Shown here: in pieces, positions 1 through 9,039 of the stretch
Position numbering within the stretch: position 1 is the stretch's first letter
Layout of the letters: each line of letters begins with the position of its first letter
Position numbers and translations under genes: made by a program
The notes under the pieces: model-generated
Database searches by the model: none
Told to the model about the DNA's origin: nothing
The model's input: only the letters and a program-made list of their open reading frames with translations
NCBI GenBank assembly: GCA_964503755.1
Contig: CAZDBO010000002.1
Location: forward strand, 194,261-252,730
Length of the DNA: 58,470 nt
Direction: 5' to 3'
Origin: an uncultured Candidatus Saccharibacteria bacterium
GTDB taxonomy: Bacteria; Patescibacteriota; Dojkabacteria; JAOAGR01

Positions 1-194
1 CTTAATCAAAATAATAAATTTTGTTTTATTCATATATTTATGGAATATTTGTGTGAAAATACTTGGTCAATTATTTAATTTATACATAATTTCTTGCTAA
101 GAGGTAATATAATAACATCAGATAGTGACCAATGTCAATAGTTATCAACAAGATAGAGGTTTTGTTATAAATTGAAATTTGCTAAATTATTAAT

Positions 195-1370
195 ATGATT
201 AGAAAAAATTTAACGTTATTACTGTTTTGTTTTATTGCAATCTATGTGACCAATCCAATACATGGAGAAGTAATGAATTCACCAAATTATCAATTACATC
301 TTTACGAAAGCGAGGTTGGATTTGATACTAGTACAGATACTATGATGATAGGGAGTAGTCTTAATTTTAGATTCGGAGGAGATTTTGAAAATTTTGATAC
401 TGCCTTTACTAGTGGAGGAAATTTTAAAATCAAATCAGGATTTCAACCAACATATGAAGCCAATGTACCAGAAATATCTATAGCTTCTACCAATGATAAT
501 GGAGTAATATTATTTGATAGAGCAATAATAGAGATAGATCCAAATAACGATCCGACATCAGCAAATGGTGCATGGTTTGCTTTGCAAATATCAAAGAATA
601 GTTCATTTCCTCAATCAGAAACGTATTATATCAATAGAACTACAGATTCTATAGACTATACAAGTAACCAAAATTTATTAAATTATTCAAATTATTATGA
701 TACCTGTGCGCAAACAAATAATCAAAATGACCTCGATTGTGGAACTATTACAGGACATAAATATTACATAAAAGGATTAGAACCTAATACAACCTACTAC
801 ATAAGAGCAATAGCAATGAATGGAGACTCAACCAATAGCCAACCTGGTCCATACGCCACATTTACAACCGGGAATTTATACCTAACACTTACTTTAAGCA
901 CACAGAATATTAATTTAATCGGAATAAATACTTACACCGCAACACTAAGTAATTATATAGACGTAAGTATAGAGACAAACAACCAATACGGATACAACCT
1001 ATACGTACAAAGCCAAGGAGACAATACAAATGCAGGATTATACTCTTCTTCTAAGAATTTCTTAATTCCATCGAACTATTCAGGCAATTTGGATAGTGTA
1101 ATAGGAACCAATAGATATGGTATAGGAGCAACAAAAATATCAGGTCCTGGCACTATAGCTAACGCATATGATGAGACACTAACGGGAAGAAACTCAACCT
1201 ATGTAGGTCAATTAAATACAACACCGACATTACTTTGTTCATACAACAATCCGCATACCAGTGGAAATCCAGATATAATTAGAACTCGAGCAAAAAGCAC
1301 TGTAGGTGGTGATACGCCTTCATCAAACGACTACAATGACATTTTGACATTCACTGCACAAGCCATATAA
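195..1370 (+). CDS. Secreted/surface protein with a fibronectin type III-like domain and a C-terminal beta-rich (WxL-like) domain
   Basis: N-terminal hydrophobic signal (LTLLLFCFIAIYV); FN3-like YYIKGLEPNTTYYIRAIAMNG; C-terminus YNDILTFTAQAI resembles the WxL-type final strand. Confidence 0.6.
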   Translation: MIRKNLTLLLFCFIAIYVTNPIHGEVMNSPNYQLHLYESEVGFDTSTDTMMIGSSLNFRFGGDFENFDTAFTSGGNFKIKSGFQPTYEANVPEISIASTNDNGVILFDRAIIEIDPNNDPTSANGAWFALQISKNSSFPQSETYYINRTTDSIDYTSNQNLLNYSNYYDTCAQTNNQNDLDCGTITGHKYYIKGLEPNTTYYIRAIAMNGDSTNSQPGPYATFTTGNLYLTLTLSTQNINLIGINTYTATLSNYIDVSIETNNQYGYNLYVQSQGDNTNAGLYSSSKNFLIPSNYSGNLDSVIGTNRYGIGATKISGPGTIANAYDETLTGRNSTYVGQLNTTPTLLCSYNNPHTSGNPDIIRTRAKSTVGGDTPSSNDYNDILTFTAQAI

Positions 1371-1373
1371 AAA

Positions 1374-2351
1374 ATGTTGAATATATTCATAAAATCTCTT
1401 TTAATCTTTTTTTTCAATGTTTTAGTATTCGTTGTATTTATCACTCCAATACACCTTGATTTTGCACAAGCCCAAACTAATAATCAGCAAGAATCAGATG
1501 CATCTAAAAATAATTCAGAAAATACATACAATGACAATAGTATTACTATAAGTCCCGCAAAGATTTATAAAAGATTAACAAAAGAATCAGGATTTAATGA
1601 AAAGATATTCCTTTCTACGAATTTAGAAATACACAATCTAACTGTAGAAATTCTGAAGAAAGAATTATTTCACTCAGACAATTACATAAATATAAAACTA
1701 CCAAGCGAGCTGATCAAAATAAGCACAAACGTTGACACAAAAACGATTGATATCTTTATTAATACAAACAAGGCTAAAAATCCACTCAATATTTACAAAC
1801 TTACAATTTTAGTTAACACTAAAAACGATAAGGCTAATGTAATAACAAGATTTGAAGTGCCAATTATAATTAATATAACTGATTTTAATTTTGAAAATAA
1901 CCAAAAAATATATCCAAAATTTAAACTACATCAAATAAACAAACTAAACTTTAGCAATAAAATCGACTACCGATTAGAAATTATAAATCCTCACGAATAT
2001 ATATTTCTATTAGGAGGCGAAGTAATAATCAGTGATAACCAAGACAAAATACTAACTAAATCTAGCATTCGCGAAACACCAGAACTAGATTTTTACCCGC
2101 GTCAATATATCGACTTTAAAAAAAGCTTCAATATATCTGAAAACAATGATCTAGTACAAAGTTTTTTACCTAAACAAATAAAAGTTCAGACTTTTGTAAG
2201 TGTTGACGATGATATCCTGGAATTAGAAAGGATTGAAATATTAGTAATACCAGAAAGTTTTATTTATTTATCAGCAATAACGATTATATGCTTGTTATCA
2301 ATATCTATATTTATCAAGAAATCCAGACAAAATACAAAAAGTAAGAATTAA
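1374..2351 (+). CDS. Membrane-anchored Ig-like protein, DUF916/DUF3324-like partner of the upstream surface protein
   Basis: Signal peptide, SITISPAK start of a beta-sandwich region, C-terminal TM (FIYLSAITIICLLSISIFI) with basic tail; starts 3 nt after the upstream stop. Confidence 0.5.
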   Translation: MLNIFIKSLLIFFFNVLVFVVFITPIHLDFAQAQTNNQQESDASKNNSENTYNDNSITISPAKIYKRLTKESGFNEKIFLSTNLEIHNLTVEILKKELFHSDNYINIKLPSELIKISTNVDTKTIDIFINTNKAKNPLNIYKLTILVNTKNDKANVITRFEVPIIINITDFNFENNQKIYPKFKLHQINKLNFSNKIDYRLEIINPHEYIFLLGGEVIISDNQDKILTKSSIRETPELDFYPRQYIDFKKSFNISENNDLVQSFLPKQIKVQTFVSVDDDILELERIEILVIPESFIYLSAITIICLLSISIFIKKSRQNTKSKN

Positions 2352-2355
2352 GGAA

Positions 2356-2631
2356 TCATTTTCTTATAAGCTGTTTCAATAGTTCTGAAGTAGCTTGGAC
2401 ACTCTTGGGTATCATTTTATAAAAATCTTTACCATAGATAGTTACAACCTTATATTTATTGTGTGGTATGTGAACTTTTATTTTAATTGTATTTTTCTTA
2501 TTTTGTACTGAGAATGTCGCAGTAATATCAAAATTATGGTTGTATTTCTCTAACTTAGCAAACTTAGATCTTACTAAGCTTTCTAGTTCTGATGATGAAT
2601 GTATATTCTCAAATAAAACCTGAAGATTCAT
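2356..2631 (-). CDS. hpf: Ribosome hibernation promoting factor (short HPF/RaiA type)
   Basis: 91 aa; pattern MNLQV..ENI..S.ELESLVRSKFAKLEKY...GKDFY matches the S30AE/HPF fold, divergent. Confidence 0.6.
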   Translation of the reverse strand: MNLQVLFENIHSSSELESLVRSKFAKLEKYNHNFDITATFSVQNKKNTIKIKVHIPHNKYKVVTIYGKDFYKMIPKSVQATSELLKQLIRK

Positions 2632-2674
2632 GATAATATCATTTTAGTACTTTATAATCTATAAGTAAACTGAT

Positions 2675-2953
2675 ATGAAATATATACTTTTATTAATAAT
2701 TAAAATTTATCAATTTTTATTCTCATTTGATCACGGCATACCGAGTAAGGTGTTCAATGGCATAAGAGTATGTATACACTATCCCAGCTGTTCAGCTTAT
2801 GGTTATGAATCAATAAAAAAGTATGGAAGTATAATAGGTGGCTATCTTGCGATAAAAAGAATATTGAGATGCCATCCTCTTACAAAATCCAGATACGACC
2901 CCGTGCCAGAAATAAAAATTCCCAAAAGATTCGAATTTATAAAAAAAATATAG
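2675..2953 (+). CDS. yidD: Membrane protein insertion efficiency factor
   Basis: CIHYPSCSAYGYESIKKYG...RILRCHP...YDPVP hallmark motifs. Confidence 0.92.
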   Translation: MKYILLLIIKIYQFLFSFDHGIPSKVFNGIRVCIHYPSCSAYGYESIKKYGSIIGGYLAIKRILRCHPLTKSRYDPVPEIKIPKRFEFIKKI

Positions 2954-4267
2954 ATGAGAAAATCATTGCCAAATATAGATCTAATACTTCTAATAGTACC
3001 AATTATTTTATCTTTTATTGGTATAATAACATTATATACTCTAACATTACAAGACAGTATAAATTCATCTAGATACATCAAAGAATTTCAAAGCCAATCT
3101 ATTTTTCTTGTTGTATCAATAATTTTTCTATTTATTTTTACTTTAATGAAATTTGAGCTTATTTATAATCAAAAATTTTTAATATTTATTTTTTTTATAA
3201 TATTTTTTTTAAATATAATTACATCATTTTTTGGTAGTGAAATTAATGGTGTACGACGCTGGATAAGCATAGGCAACATTACCATCCAACCATCAGAAAT
3301 TAGTAAAATTATTACTATTTATTTAATATCAAGTCTGCTAGCCAACGAACCTAAAAAACAAATTAAAGGATATTCCTTTAAAACCAACCTTTTATTATTC
3401 TTTAAAAATAATAAAAACTATATTTTTTCAATATTGATAATTTTAGGAATAACATTCTCTGTATTTATCCAAAAATCTTTAACCAACACAATTATCATTC
3501 TTATGACTAGCTTAATCATTTTTATATACAATAGTAAAAATAAACTTATCACAACAACTTTATTAACAAACATAATATCTACAATTTTATCTACATTAGA
3601 AATTAATAATATAGCAACCTTTAATAACACATATTTTTATATTGGATTGACAACATTTAGTATACTATTATTTTATTTTATTTCTAAGAAAAAGTTTTTC
3701 AATCTATTTCTGTATACTATATCTGTTCTGTCAATAACATTAATAATATTCCCATATTTTTGGAATAATTTTTTAGCGGACTATCAAAAAAACCGTCTTA
3801 TAAATTTCTTAAATGAACCAAGTGATATCTATCAATCCAAAACGGCAATAATAAATATAGGTAGTGGTCAGGTATTCGGGCAAGGTATAACCCCAATAAG
3901 TCTAAATAGAAGCATTCTCACACCAGAGGCGGCAACTGATTTTATATTTTCGATATATGCTCTACAATTTGGATTTATTGGTATATCAATATTATTAATG
4001 TTGTATTTAATTCTAATTTGCAGACTGGTTTATCTGGGATATCAATCAAAACAAAAGAAGCATTTTTTATTTTTTATAGGTTTTGCATTTTTGATTGGAA
4101 TACAATCCATATTAAATATATCAATGAATATAGGATTAATCCCAATCGGTGGTAGCACACTGCCATTTATAAGTGCGGGAGGATCATCATTAGTGACATT
4201 GTTTATTGGAATAGGAATCTGCCAAAAAATGTACCAAAAAGAAAAAGAGAAAAGGTTCAAATTCTAA
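2954..4267 (+). CDS. rodA: SEDS family peptidoglycan polymerase (RodA/FtsW)
   Basis: RRWISIGNITIQPSEISK, IGSGQVFGQG, TDFIFS, LPFISAGGSS motifs; multi-TM. RodA versus FtsW is not resolvable from sequence alone. Confidence 0.85.
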   Translation: MRKSLPNIDLILLIVPIILSFIGIITLYTLTLQDSINSSRYIKEFQSQSIFLVVSIIFLFIFTLMKFELIYNQKFLIFIFFIIFFLNIITSFFGSEINGVRRWISIGNITIQPSEISKIITIYLISSLLANEPKKQIKGYSFKTNLLLFFKNNKNYIFSILIILGITFSVFIQKSLTNTIIILMTSLIIFIYNSKNKLITTTLLTNIISTILSTLEINNIATFNNTYFYIGLTTFSILLFYFISKKKFFNLFLYTISVLSITLIIFPYFWNNFLADYQKNRLINFLNEPSDIYQSKTAIINIGSGQVFGQGITPISLNRSILTPEAATDFIFSIYALQFGFIGISILLMLYLILICRLVYLGYQSKQKKHFLFFIGFAFLIGIQSILNISMNIGLIPIGGSTLPFISAGGSSLVTLFIGIGICQKMYQKEKEKRFKF

Positions 4268-4893
4268 TTATTTTGTCTAATAACCAAAGCATCTTCCGTC
4301 GCTATTAGTACATATTTTCTTTTTTCATTCATCACCTGATTTCCAGCACCTGATATAAATACCGTATCTACACAAAAATCTAGATGCTTATTCTCATAAA
4401 AATCATAAAAAGTTTTATCAAATCCGCCATTTATATCGATATAATCATTTGGATAATTGTTATCTTTTTTAATGTAATCCGATTGTATTCGATATACTTT
4501 TAACATTGGTTTTAATCCTAACATTACGCATACATCTTTCCACTTTACAAAAATGGCCTCAATCATAAACTTGTCCCCCCTAAATTCTGAACTTAATGAC
4601 AGATTAGTATCATTTCCCTCTGTTTTATAAAAAATATAATTCTTCGGAAGACTTTTTGATGTATACTTTAGATGAAACGTAGGTATACCATCCTTGATGA
4701 CTCTTTCTGATATTTCAATTTCAGCTATTTCTGTTTCTTGTGTAAATACCTGATACGTATAAAGCCAAGCATTAATCATAAAAAACAATGAAAAAGTCAA
4801 TATAATAAATAAAATTATAACTATGAACAATGTGCTAAATATGATTCTATTCTTTAATGAAAAACTTTTGCTCTTATCATTTTGCTGTTGCAT
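4264..4893 (-). CDS. Uncharacterized N-terminally membrane-anchored protein
   Basis: 209-aa ORF, one long N-terminal TM, soluble domain with GDKFMIEAIFVKWK..MLGLKP; TATAAT 7 nt upstream of ATG. Confidence 0.75.
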   Translation of the reverse strand: MQQQNDKSKSFSLKNRIIFSTLFIVIILFIILTFSLFFMINAWLYTYQVFTQETEIAEIEISERVIKDGIPTFHLKYTSKSLPKNYIFYKTEGNDTNLSLSSEFRGDKFMIEAIFVKWKDVCVMLGLKPMLKVYRIQSDYIKKDNNYPNDYIDINGGFDKTFYDFYENKHLDFCVDTVFISGAGNQVMNEKRKYVLIATEDALVIRQNN

Positions 4894-4963
4894 AGACTTA
4901 ATTATAAATTAAAGTGTTTCATTTAGCACTTTAATATGATTTAATTACACTTAAGAAAAAATA

Positions 4964-7105
4964 ATGAATACTAATAAAAAATTTGAATTAGATTATAATT
5001 TACCGGTTGCGCAGTATGAAGATATCATTATAGAAAAACTTCAAACATCCAATAACATAATTATAGTAGGGGATACTGGATCAGGAAAAACAACTCAGAT
5101 CCCCTTGATACTAATAAATCAATTCACTGACGCCAAAATTGTTGTAACAGAACCTCGCAGGATAGCAGCAACGTCTCTTTGTAATTATCTTTCACAGTGG
5201 ACGCTCACTACACCTGGAGATTTGATTGGATACAAAATAAGATTTGAAGAGAAAAAAAGCGAAAAAACCAAATTACTTTTCGCAACTGATGGAATTTTAC
5301 TGAGAGAATGTTTATTTGATCCTTTACTTTTGAAATACGACATTATAATGGTCGATGAGGCACACGAGAGAGGAATTAATACAGACTTTTTAATAGGATT
5401 ATTAGTACAAATCCAGAATAAACGGAATACAGAAAACCACAAACCACTCAAAATAATTGTTACATCAGCTACATTAGAAGAAGAAAAATTTATTAAATTC
5501 TTCGAAGAAAATGCTATATATCCTCCAGAGATTATCAGAGTACCAGGTCGCAATTATGATGTAGATGCGTATTTACTAAAAGAAGAAGTCAATGATTTTT
5601 ATAAACAAATAGTAACCGCTCTAAAATACATTATCAACAACAAAATACCATCAAATTTCATATACGATGATACTCTTAGTACAAAAGGAAACATAGAAAA
5701 TAACAATACTACATACAAATATAATAATATTTTAATTTTCTTACCAGGTAAAAGGGAAATAAATCTGACTAAAAATCTTATTCAAGAACAAATTCGTGAT
5801 ATTGATGTTTTAACAGTACATTCCGAATTGCCAATTCAAGAGCAAAACGAAATTTTCAAACAAATTACAAAAACAACAGCCATTTTAGCAACAAATATTG
5901 CCGAAACATCACTTACGATACCAAATGTCAAATATATTATCGATACAGGACTTATTAAATCAATGGAATACGACACAAATAGTGGGATAAAATCTTTAAA
6001 AACACATTATCATTCAAAGCATGGAATACTTCAGAGACGGGGTAGGGCAGGAAGGCTATGCCATGGTATATATCTGGGTTTATTTACAAATAGTCAATAT
6101 AACGATTTTTTAGAATATTCTATTCCTGAAATCTTACGATCCAAACTAAACGAAATAACTCTGTTACTTATATCTTTGGGAATAAAAGAAATAGAGAATT
6201 TTCATTTTATAGATAAACCTAAAAATTCATTTATCAAAAAATCTATCGAAGAGTTAGTATCCATTGGGGCTATAACTAAAAAAAGAATAATAACGGACAA
6301 AGGACTAAAACTGTTATCAATGCCCTTGGATCCATTTATCGGTAATATAATATTAGAAGCTCAGAACGAAGGAGTTGTATATGAAATATGTACTTTAATT
6401 CCACTTTTTGAGTCTAAACCATTATTTTACGAACTAAATGTATCAATATTAAATAAAATATATGGAAAACATATCGATAAATTTAATAGTCAAGAAGAAT
6501 TAATAGATCACATATATAGAAGTAGAGAAAGCATAGTAAATCAAAAATCAGACTATCTAACTTATATAAAATTGATAAATAAACTTTCTTATCACAATTA
6601 TTCTACAGATTGGTGTGATCTCTATGGTGTGAATGGTGAAGCATTATTAGAATGTATCAAAATCCGTGATGATCTTCTTAAACTAGCTGAAGAAAATAAT
6701 ATCCGTATAAATAAAAATATCAACTTCTATTCGCCTAAAATAGACATCGTTCTCTTTAAAACACTTAAGTACAATTTATTAATTAGAATAGGTAAAAACA
6801 AATTTAGAGCTTTGAATCACAAAAATATGATTGTAAAAATAAATCCGGGCAGTATTTTATATAACAATGCAAATACAAATTTACTAATTTCAAACGAGAT
6901 CATTCAAATAGACGATATCTATCAATATTCGCGATCTTATAGTGTGCGTTTAGCTCATTCTATAGATATAAAAATAATTCAGAGATTATCTCCAAAACTT
7001 TATCAAAAAATAATTAGACAAAAATTTAACAAAAAACATAGAAAATTTTACGTCAAAGGTAAAAAACGATATAAAAACCGTCAAATAAGAAAGTATAAAC
7101 ATTAA
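4964..7105 (+). CDS. hrpA: DEAH-box RNA helicase, HrpA-like
   Basis: GDTGSGKTTQ, DEAHER, TSAT, ATNIAETSLT, QRRGRAGR; HA2-like region; very basic C-terminal tail. Confidence 0.85.
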   Translation: MNTNKKFELDYNLPVAQYEDIIIEKLQTSNNIIIVGDTGSGKTTQIPLILINQFTDAKIVVTEPRRIAATSLCNYLSQWTLTTPGDLIGYKIRFEEKKSEKTKLLFATDGILLRECLFDPLLLKYDIIMVDEAHERGINTDFLIGLLVQIQNKRNTENHKPLKIIVTSATLEEEKFIKFFEENAIYPPEIIRVPGRNYDVDAYLLKEEVNDFYKQIVTALKYIINNKIPSNFIYDDTLSTKGNIENNNTTYKYNNILIFLPGKREINLTKNLIQEQIRDIDVLTVHSELPIQEQNEIFKQITKTTAILATNIAETSLTIPNVKYIIDTGLIKSMEYDTNSGIKSLKTHYHSKHGILQRRGRAGRLCHGIYLGLFTNSQYNDFLEYSIPEILRSKLNEITLLLISLGIKEIENFHFIDKPKNSFIKKSIEELVSIGAITKKRIITDKGLKLLSMPLDPFIGNIILEAQNEGVVYEICTLIPLFESKPLFYELNVSILNKIYGKHIDKFNSQEELIDHIYRSRESIVNQKSDYLTYIKLINKLSYHNYSTDWCDLYGVNGEALLECIKIRDDLLKLAEENNIRINKNINFYSPKIDIVLFKTLKYNLLIRIGKNKFRALNHKNMIVKINPGSILYNNANTNLLISNEIIQIDDIYQYSRSYSVRLAHSIDIKIIQRLSPKLYQKIIRQKFNKKHRKFYVKGKKRYKNRQIRKYKH

Positions 7106-8394
7106 TATGGTATAGGGAATTTTTTATTTAATTCTGCAATTTCGTTTCGTATTCTATTTTTCAATTTATCATCCTTAGGATTTCTGCACACTTTTACTAT
7201 ACATTCAGCTAAAAAATCTACTTCTTTTTCTTTGTATCCTCTAGTAGTAATAGCCGGTGTTCCAATACGTATTCCACTTGGATTTACTGGAGAACGTGTA
7301 TCAAAAGGTATTGTACTTTTACTAACAGTAATGCCTGACTCATCTAAAGCTTCTTGTATAGTCTTTCCCGAATATCCAAATGACCTAACACTATCAAATA
7401 TTATCATATGATTATCGGTACCATCTGTATACATTATTATTCCATTATCTTTGAAAACTCTTTCAAATAATTTTGCGTTATTAACCACTTGTTTAGCATA
7501 TTCCTTAAAAGACTCTTGCAACGCCTCGCCAAAGGCCACCGCTTTAGCATATATCAAATTCATTATCGGACCTCCTTGGATACCTGGAAATACTGCTCTA
7601 TCAATAAGAGTGGGCAAATTTCTTATACTTTTTTTAACTTTTTTCAAAGGATTACTAACTCTACCTTTTGAAAGAATTAAACCCCCCCTAGGACCTCTTA
7701 ATGTTTTATGAGTCGTACTGGAAACAACATGAAACCCATAATCAAAAGGATTTCGCATAATACCTGCAGATATCAATCCAGCAATATGTGCAATATCAGC
7801 CCAGAGTACAGCACCTATCTCTTGTCCAATTTCTGCAAATTTAGCATACTCTATATCTCGTGGATACGCAGAATAACCAACCAAAATCATTTTTGGCTTA
7901 TGTTTTCTCGCTAAATCCCGTATTTTATCAAAATCAAATTGACCTGTCTCAAAATCTTTGACTGTATAACGCACAAAGTTATAAACTTTTGACATAAATG
8001 TAACTGGACTACCATGAGTCAAATGTCCACCATGCGATAGTTCAAATCCTAAAATAGTATCACCAGGCTCTAGGTATGCAGTTAATACAGAAATATTGGC
8101 TATAGCGCCTGATAATGGTTGAACATTAGCGTGATCACAATTAAAAAGTTTACAAGCTCTTTCAATAGCAAATTTTTCTATCTGATCTGTAAACTCTTGG
8201 CCACCATAATATCTTTTACCAGGATAACCCTCAGAATACTTATTTGTAAATACTGTCCGCATTGCTTCTAATACCGCCTTAGAGACATAATTTTCTGATG
8301 CTATTAGTTCTACACCATCTTGTTGTCTTTTTATTTCACCAATTAACAAATCATAAAGCAATCTATCTTGGTTTTTGATATTCTCAAAGTTCAT
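7102..8394 (-). CDS. glyA: Serine hydroxymethyltransferase
   Basis: ELIASENY, NKYSEGYPGKRYYGG, GGHLTHG, TTHKTLRGPRGG (PLP lysine). Confidence 0.98.
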   Translation of the reverse strand: MNFENIKNQDRLLYDLLIGEIKRQQDGVELIASENYVSKAVLEAMRTVFTNKYSEGYPGKRYYGGQEFTDQIEKFAIERACKLFNCDHANVQPLSGAIANISVLTAYLEPGDTILGFELSHGGHLTHGSPVTFMSKVYNFVRYTVKDFETGQFDFDKIRDLARKHKPKMILVGYSAYPRDIEYAKFAEIGQEIGAVLWADIAHIAGLISAGIMRNPFDYGFHVVSSTTHKTLRGPRGGLILSKGRVSNPLKKVKKSIRNLPTLIDRAVFPGIQGGPIMNLIYAKAVAFGEALQESFKEYAKQVVNNAKLFERVFKDNGIIMYTDGTDNHMIIFDSVRSFGYSGKTIQEALDESGITVSKSTIPFDTRSPVNPSGIRIGTPAITTRGYKEKEVDFLAECIVKVCRNPKDDKLKNRIRNEIAELNKKFPIPY

Positions 8395-8402
8395 AATCTA
8401 TG

Positions 8403-8411
8403 TGTTATAAT
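8403..8411 (+). promoter_or_regulatory. Extended -10 promoter element (TGnTATAAT), 9 nt before ATG at 8421
   Basis: TGTTATAAT seen directly in the 26-bp divergent gap. Confidence 0.6.
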
Positions 8412-8420
8412 ATTTGTATT

Positions 8421-9029
8421 ATGAAATTTTTTATCGCTATTATTTTAACTATTTTAGCATTTTATTTATCAATCGGCATACAAATTTTATTAGTTCCATT
8501 ACCAGAACCAAAAATATCTATAGACTTTATAAATGGTAACCTAGAATATCCTGACCAATTTTCCCCTATACTTTTTGAAAAAATAATAAAACAAACATCA
8601 ATTGTAAATAACAAAGAAATTTATGTATACCCAGAGACAAATATACAAAATTCGATGCTTATATACACTATAGTGCTATTTGTGACCGTGTATTTATCAA
8701 TAATCTTATTTGGAAGACATCCTATTATATACCTACCATCTATCATGGGCAGTTTACTGGCAACATCGGTGATGTTTTATCTTATCCTAAATATCCAAAA
8801 TATCGACCCATCAACAATATTTTTAATCAATAACATAAAAAATGAACAAAATTTTATAATCGCGTATATAGTGATAGTAATATCATATACAACATTCGCA
8901 ATATTTCAAAGTATAACAACGAATCAAAAGAATAAAATAATAAATTCTCAACAAAGAATTTATCATCAAAATCAAAATTTTAATTTGCCAAATACAAATC
9001 AACAAAAAGTAAATAGCCATCGAAGATAA
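8421..9029 (+). CDS. Hypothetical multi-pass membrane protein
   Basis: About 4 hydrophobic segments and a Q/N-rich tail; start moved from 8400 to ATG 8421 because of the adjacent -10 box. Confidence 0.7.
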   Translation: MKFFIAIILTILAFYLSIGIQILLVPLPEPKISIDFINGNLEYPDQFSPILFEKIIKQTSIVNNKEIYVYPETNIQNSMLIYTIVLFVTVYLSIILFGRHPIIYLPSIMGSLLATSVMFYLILNIQNIDPSTIFLINNIKNEQNFIIAYIVIVISYTTFAIFQSITTNQKNKIINSQQRIYHQNQNFNLPNTNQQKVNSHRR

Positions 9030-9039
9030 AACAAAATCT

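Noticed and set aside
142-150. TTATCAACA, DnaA-box-like
   Set aside because: Single mismatched box in AT-rich DNA; no cluster and no dnaA nearby, so not called oriC
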